Shown: positions 57,133-64,000 of the stretch, in pieces | Layout of the letters: each line of letters begins with the position of its first letter | Numbering within the stretch: the stretch's first letter is position 1 | Origin: Eledone cirrhosa | Taxonomy: Eukaryota | NCBI GenBank assembly: GCA_964016885.1 | Contig: OZ024745.1 | Location: 63,922,001 to 63,986,000, forward strand | Direction of reading: 5' to 3' | Length of the DNA stretch: 64,000 nt | The notes under the pieces: model-generated | Database searches by the model: none | Told to the model about the DNA's origin: nothing | What the model saw: only the letters and a program-made list of their open reading frames with translations | Translations under genes and position numbers: made by a program

Positions 57133-60100
57133 TATATATATTTATGGGTAATCCCACTCAGAAACACGCATGGTTCTACACACGTACACTGTGTTATCAG
57201 ATTTAGTCAAATAATGTGTGTTTGGTAACATGTAATTCAAAATATAAGACAAAAATATTTAACGTTCAAATAGAATGATTTTTCAAACATTGTATATATT
57301 GCAAAATTATTGTAAATGTTTTATAACACCCACATCTGGTTTCTTAGATTTTACATGACATTTTCAATTATGAACAAAAGCAATGCAGATTTGAGTTTCA
57401 AAAACAAATGTTTTCGGTTTTTGGTGAAAGATTTTTTTTCTTTTTTCAGTATTTTTTTTATATGTTTTCTTTGAATATGGTAAACATTATCGAAATATTT
57501 TGTTTGCATTGCGTTTTATTTGTTTTGTTTATGTTTTGTTTTTACTGTAATAAATCGAGGAAGCCCCATGCCAAATGCAATGAAAAGAGTGATTTTCACT
57601 TCGTAGCCGTGTTAATAGCAGTTGGAAACTATAAAAATATTTTTCGTAACACAAAATGAAATATATGATTTTGTTATAGAATTTGTCGTGATGAATTCAA
57701 ATAAATTTGTAATCATTCTCTATCAAATCACGTTTTTGTGTGGCATGCAATTTAATACTTAATGCCCCAAATTTATAATAAAAAATACGGTGGGAGATGC
57801 AAACATATAATATCAAAAGTAGACTGGTTTTGTTTTTCTTGGTTCTCTGCGACAGACATGTCTATTTTAAGAGTCCGCCAGTCTGCAAGAATATTGGCGT
57901 TCCATTTCTCTTAGCAAACCATTTCCATACCAAGCTGTACCCCTAGCAGAGATCTTCTACTTATATCTCTGATACTGGACCGTTTCTAAAACATTTTATG
58001 TTGTATGACATAATTTACAATAGATACGAAAGCAATATTTTGGGTTATAAAGAAGAACTGATTTGCTTCAAGCTGACGTTTGTGAAATCAATTAAACATC
58101 ACCCCTTATCCACGTTATGTTCATGACTGAATAAATGTATTTACAAATACACGTCCATCTTTGTAACAGGACCGTTCTTTGAACTTCCCGTGATATATCA
58201 CCGCATACAGAACAGAAGAAATTGGAATGATTAAGACATGTCTGTACCAGCATAAAGCATCTGCCTTAAGAAAGCACCTTTTGTGAATTCAACAAGGAAG
58301 AACGCACACAAAATGTTAGAATTATGCAACTTACAAGCAATGTCCTACACGCAGTCACTAGACCCTTGTATATTGAAACAAGAGAGTATGTTATCCTAAC
58401 TAATTTGGTCCTGCCAGTGTCACGAAAACTTTCGTTACTAAGAGATAGCGTGTATCAATATACATATATACAATAAAACATAAACTAATATTAGCTTTTT
58501 AGTTCTATTAATTAGTATGATGTATTGTATTTTAGTGAGTGGTTATCCTAAATGAGGGGAACATGGCCACAACATCAGAAGAAAATTGCCTAAGAAAAGC
58601 GTGGATTTCATATTTGAACTCAGCAGTAACATTACCCATTAATGCTTGCGTAGGATGATTATTCTTGCGCAGTATAATTCTCTGCCAATAGAATTTCTTT
58701 CATAAATATAAAGTCAACTGCCTTAGGACGAACCAGGAAGAATATAAAGATATATAAAAGTATACATTAAACAAATTACTAACCTCTTACAATGGGGTAA
58801 TACTTTAGTCACGTCCGCGATTTCTAGGCCATTACCAGTTAAAGCTTTAGAGTAACTCGTATGTTTTATATCATCAGGGATTATCAAATAGATATCAGTA
58901 TGCAACCCTGTAAATGTTTGCTTTTGAACAACGGATCTAAATGGGTAAAGGCGTCTGAACCTGAAAACCATTTCATCTCTCGATTCCGTCATATGATAGT
59001 ACTGATGTGACTGGATTATATATTCTATATATAATAAAGAATAAATTCCCAATTCTTTTCTTTCATTTGAGGCATTTTTAGCCCATTCTCTTACTTTCCT
59101 ATACAGTCAAAGCACAAAACCTTCTATCCGGCAGGCTACCGATTTGTCAATTAGACTTTCTATTTATCTCTGTTTAGAATTGCCATCAAGAGTCTAATTT
59201 AATAAAATCAAAATAACATTCTCTTACGAAAACTATCATAAACATTCAATTGGAGTAAAATATATTCAAAATTTTGCATCTAATAATCGGCTAAAAGCTG
59301 AAGTTTTGCAAATATTTAATGTGGCTACTGCTGGCTATGTGCGTCTAGTTGCGATAACGATAAAAACAATATCAAGAAAAAATGAAATTGTAACGGCAAT
59401 GAAGAAAATATTTAAAACAATTTACATGTTTGTTTTGTTTAACACTTCCGTTAATATTTTAATTTCTAGAATACATCTACTTCGTGGAGAAACAGGAAAA
59501 GTGATAAACAATGGATATACAAGAGGGAACTACTAAATAAGTAAGAAAAAATATTGAGAGGAATAAACGCGAGAAAAAAATCGATGAGAAATTATGGATA
59601 TTGCATTTTCAATGCATAACCTGCCTGCCCTTTGTTTCGTAGTTATAGTATTAAAATGTTATCTTCGATTCTCCGATTTAGTTGAATAAGTGAACTAACT
59701 TACGCCAACGCAATGCTATGGACAGAACAAAGGTTTTAAGAATCATAGCTAAAAATTAAATTACACTCTAATTAAACATAGCTATGATGAAACAACCTTT
59801 TTGAACAGATGCATGTCATAGATAATAGTTCAACTCAGTTTGATCAAATCTATATATTTGATGTTGTATTTTTTTTTTACGTAATTACAGAACACCTATT
59901 AGAAAACATATGGAGTGATAACAGCTAATTGTTAAAACGCGTGGGTAATTTTCCCTTTAATTGCTGATCGTTGAAATTAAATATTAAATATTTTTTATAA
60001 AAAATGTTAAGTTAATTTCTTTAAATATTTACAAGTTAATGTTTGGTTTTACTGCAATAATACCAACTAAAAGTATAGCATCTCTTACTGTATCCATAAG

Positions 60101-60949
60101 ATTCATATAATTGCCAATATCATTGTCACTATTGCCTTCAAGCTGTTAATATCGACCATTGATATACTTAAGCAATAATTGTTTTGTCATAATAAATATA
60201 TAACCACATTTGCAACCCAGATTTGATTATCAATTATAGCTCTTCCACATCTTTAACTCATTAATATCTCCAATCATACATGTCACGTGATTGTCATAAG
60301 GACTGCTGAATAAATCTCATCAATTGATCTATTTGACGCATTAAAATTTAGGATAAATGAATATTAATCCTTTACAGGCCTGCCAACCTCTAAAAACTCA
60401 AAACGGGAATGAAAGCTATACCCATTTTTACAGTAGGAGACATCCCTCCCCTACACCAAAGTGGGTGGGAGATCTGCCTGTCGGACGGAGAGAGTTGACA
60501 GGTCTGCCTAATGTGTTCCAAACAATAATTATTCCCTTTCTTGTTAAGAACGTGGCTCCGTAGTATAATGCGAAGCTTAGTTTGTCACTGAGTCTTCCAC
60601 CACTGATTGTACATCCCAAATAAATAAAGTCACCTGTCGTCAAATGATCAGCTCTGATTTTCCACCTGTTTTAGTCAAACATTGTCTGATATGGAACGTC
60701 AGGTTTTCATGTTTTAATTTAAAGTTTCTATATTTCAAACTGGCACCTATAATCATCTAGTCCTATGAGACTGGAAACTACAGCAAAAGGTTATCATGTG
60801 GTTTCGTTTACTGCATTATCTGTATAATCTGTATGAATAAACTTATTGAATGACTAGTAAATATTCAATCAGCACCTTATATCTATATTTATTTATGTAT
60901 ATTTATATATATATAAATGGGTACATTTATATATATAAATATTTTATTT

Positions 60950-62760
60950 TAGGAAGGGGCTTGAAGGAAGAATCCTCATACACGTCTTCCAGGGGGACCC
61001 CATAAAAGAAATGATCTCCAATTTATCTGGCTGAATCCCCAAGATAGATTAGCCGAACACATTAATGTTATTCAGCTATCTTCTTCGGGGTCTACCACTG
61101 GGTCTCCTGCCAAATCTGTCGAACGATTCTTTCCCGCCAAATTCTCAAAATATATCCACAGTATAGGAGCTGGGATTTCTCAGTTCGGAGAAATGGTGGT
61201 TATATCAGAAGCGAAAATTTGACATCCGAGCTATGCTCTCGATCGAGTAATGTCACCTTAAAGATCCTTCGGAGGAACTCCATTTGTGTCGCTTGTGTTC
61301 GTGATCTTATTCTTTCAGGCAATGCCTAACATTAATGACGATGGGTAAGTATTGGCTCAAATACCAAATTGAAGATAGACAATTTGGCTTTTACACTTAC
61401 ACCCATGCTTTGAATGAGCGGATGCTGAAACTAGCGCATTACTTTTTCAGCTCCTGCAATTCTTGTACTTAATTCAGTCTCCTGCCTTCCATCACTCGTG
61501 AAAATGGACCCGAGATACTTGAACAATAGTATCTGCTTGAGTAGAACTACAGTGTGAATATGTGGTCAGCTGTGATGCATCCGAGAAGAAAACCATGCTA
61601 TTCTGCAGTTATTTCTTTGCCAGACACTTAGCATAGGCTTTAACAGGGAGGTTTAATAACAATATCCCTCTATAATTGGAATAATCTCGCTTCATTACAT
61701 TTTTAAAAATTGGGATTATCAATCACGATTCCAATTGCTAAAATGCCTTTCCAGAGAGCCAGGTAACTCGGCACACACGATTTAGCTAGGGAGTACCTTC
61801 ATTCCTTATTTATGGCTATTAATATCGCAGACTAAATTCCATCCGCCCCAGACGCCTTGCCACATTTGAGCTCTTAATTGGACGTGATGACCTCAGCATC
61901 TATCCGCATAGAATGCTTCCTACTTTAACCTATAGATTACGCTGGATCTAACGGTTTTGTGGATTTTCTTGACTTCAGGTTGTCTCGGGTTGCAGATAAC
62001 TATGTGGTGATCATTGACAGCACAGACCCTCCCTTAACACGAACATCCAAGAAAGAATGGAAGAGAGCAATGACAATTAAAAAAATTAATTACTGATCTC
62101 TGTCCTCGATTTCTTTTATACTATGTGTATTCATGGATGCCTTTGCCCTATAAGGTGTTCATAATAGGGAGCATATTACTAAACCGGATGTCTAATAAGA
62201 TGTCTATTTAGATTATGCTCTCCGTTCCTTCCAAACACTCCTTTGTGTACAGTACCAATATGTTTATTGAAGTCTTCCATTAGGATATATGACGCAGTCG
62301 TAACTACATCCAACGTTGCAGTGACCTCATCAAGGAGGGATCTGTATTCGGGTTCTCTATTTGGCAGATAAAACTGCACCACCCATTTCTTTCAGCCTAA
62401 GCTTCAAGTGGCAAATCCATCCTTCCAATAGGAATCCAGTTCATAATACATTCAGGCAGTCAGGGACTTGTGAGTATTCTCCCACTTACCTCTGCCATTG
62501 TTTGTGACATCTGAATAGTAGAGTTTCCATCCTCCATCCAAATCCATGGTACCAGAGCCACGGGACTTTGTTAAGGAAACGCCGACTATATCAAGCATGT
62601 AGCATTTGCACTCCTCCGCTAGATCCTGCTCCTTACCTGTAAGGGTTGTGATGTTCTAGTTGCTAATTGTTACAATTTGCTCCCTTCTGTACTCACAATG
62701 TGATCTCGGGATACGTAATCTTTGTGCGCTAATCCCACGCCTATCAGGATAAGTCGCAGG
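60950..62760 (-). pseudogene. Decayed RTE-clade LINE (Rex3/Expander-like) with internal deletions
   Basis: APE: N*NITTLTGKEQDL, QFYLPN, ILMEDFNKHIG..GVFGRNG; pre-RT GKASGADGI; RT start PIFK..DYSNYRGILLL, HGF...ADHIFTL; then FKYLGSIFTSDG and MEFLRRI. Confidence 0.85.
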
Positions 62761-63527
62761 CCCATCGCTAAATCTCACAGCGTTGGATGGAGACTGCAAT
62801 ATATGTTTCGAACAGGCCACGCTAGATAAAAAAAAATAACGCATCCCTTCTGATATCGCACGAAGAAGGATGCAGTATGAATGCTTTTATTGCATCTAAG
62901 CATATTACAGTTCTTTATGGTATCATTCACGCTAGTCACCAATTTGGCACTTTTCTTAAACCCGCAAAGATTAGGCTTATTTTGAAGCGGCTTTTACTCT
63001 CCTTGTCGTAGCTATATTACTGGGTTGTTAGCGGTTTCTTGGAAGCTAACAGTATCACCCATTGGTCCATCTCCCCTAGTAATTACCACCATTGTTCTGA
63101 AGTTGCTTATTCGTCCGACAAGCATCCGCTTATATTGCAACTAACCACCCCATCTGGTGACCAGATCATGATTCTCCACCTGCGAACCTTTCTCTAGCAG
63201 AGCAGCTCCATCGAGGAGAATACATAATGGTGTCGCTTGTAAATTCAACAAAACGACCTGCAAGGTTATCTTGTCTCTGAATAAGAGATGAATATTTCGA
63301 AGATTTATCATTTTAATAACAATAGATCCCCTCAAACATTCACACATCAAAATACACGTAGTAGACGTCATTTCTTTTATACGATGAGAAGAAAGTGTAC
63401 AATCTTTGAAAGCAACTACTTGTAATGATTACAGATAACCTATGTTAGCCTTTCTGGAAAGAAATGTATTTTGATGTTCAGAATTATATTTTCATATTGA
63501 AATGCATTGATTTCTCACTCCATTCCC

Positions 63528-63620
<93 letters not shown>

Positions 63621-64000
63621 ATATTAATAAATGGAATCTATAAGCTTGTTGAATCCCAACAAATTAAATATAACCTCTGCATATATATATATATATCCCT
63701 CTCACCTACTCTCAGTTTCTCTCTCAATCACGCTCAATCTCTCACACACATAGTCATGTATATATATATATATATATATATATCGGGGGGGGGGGGTATG
63801 TGTGCGTATGTACAACAACAAAAAGTAATGAATGTTTTTAGAAAATTTCTGTCCTCGATAAAACATGCAGCTGAATTAGAATATTTATATAATAATCTAA
63901 GTTGTATCAAATCACTAGTACAAGTCCTGATGCTCAACATATATTTTGATAAATTCCTGTGAGAAATTTTATACCAACTATACAAACATGTATTTCCTCT

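Noticed and set aside
58723-59052. 109-aa ORF with weak MULE-transposase-like pattern
   Set aside because: No catalytic motif or TIRs identifiable by eye

Overview
AT-rich, microsatellite-saturated animal DNA with no recognisable host protein-coding gene. The SINE families and the (TA)n/(CA)n density suggest an octopod cephalopod (inference, not a database result). Almost all long ORFs in the track are translations of (TA)n, (CA)n or (TAC)n microsatellites. The main hidden structure is a set of at least six distinct families of short elements carrying type I hammerhead-ribozyme motifs (stem I-CUGANGA-stem II-GAAA-stem III-UH-stem I'). They sit in (TA)n tracts, either as head-to-tail tandems (a 591-bp retrozyme-like array at 1-1760, a ~757-bp partial tandem at 7.9-8.9 kb) or as fold-back palindromes whose turn lies in or beside the ribozyme. 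A duplicated Penelope-like GIY-YIG endonuclease fragment followed by a decayed hammerhead (23.7-24.4 kb) links these to Penelope-like retroelements. The window also holds about 15 tRNA-derived SINE copies, RTE LINE remnants with a probable non-autonomous RTE derivative, a mariner relic, hAT and TA-flanked MITEs, non-autonomous Helitrons, and a candidate promoter/non-coding first exon at ~54.3 kb. Coordinates were read by eye and boundaries are approximate.
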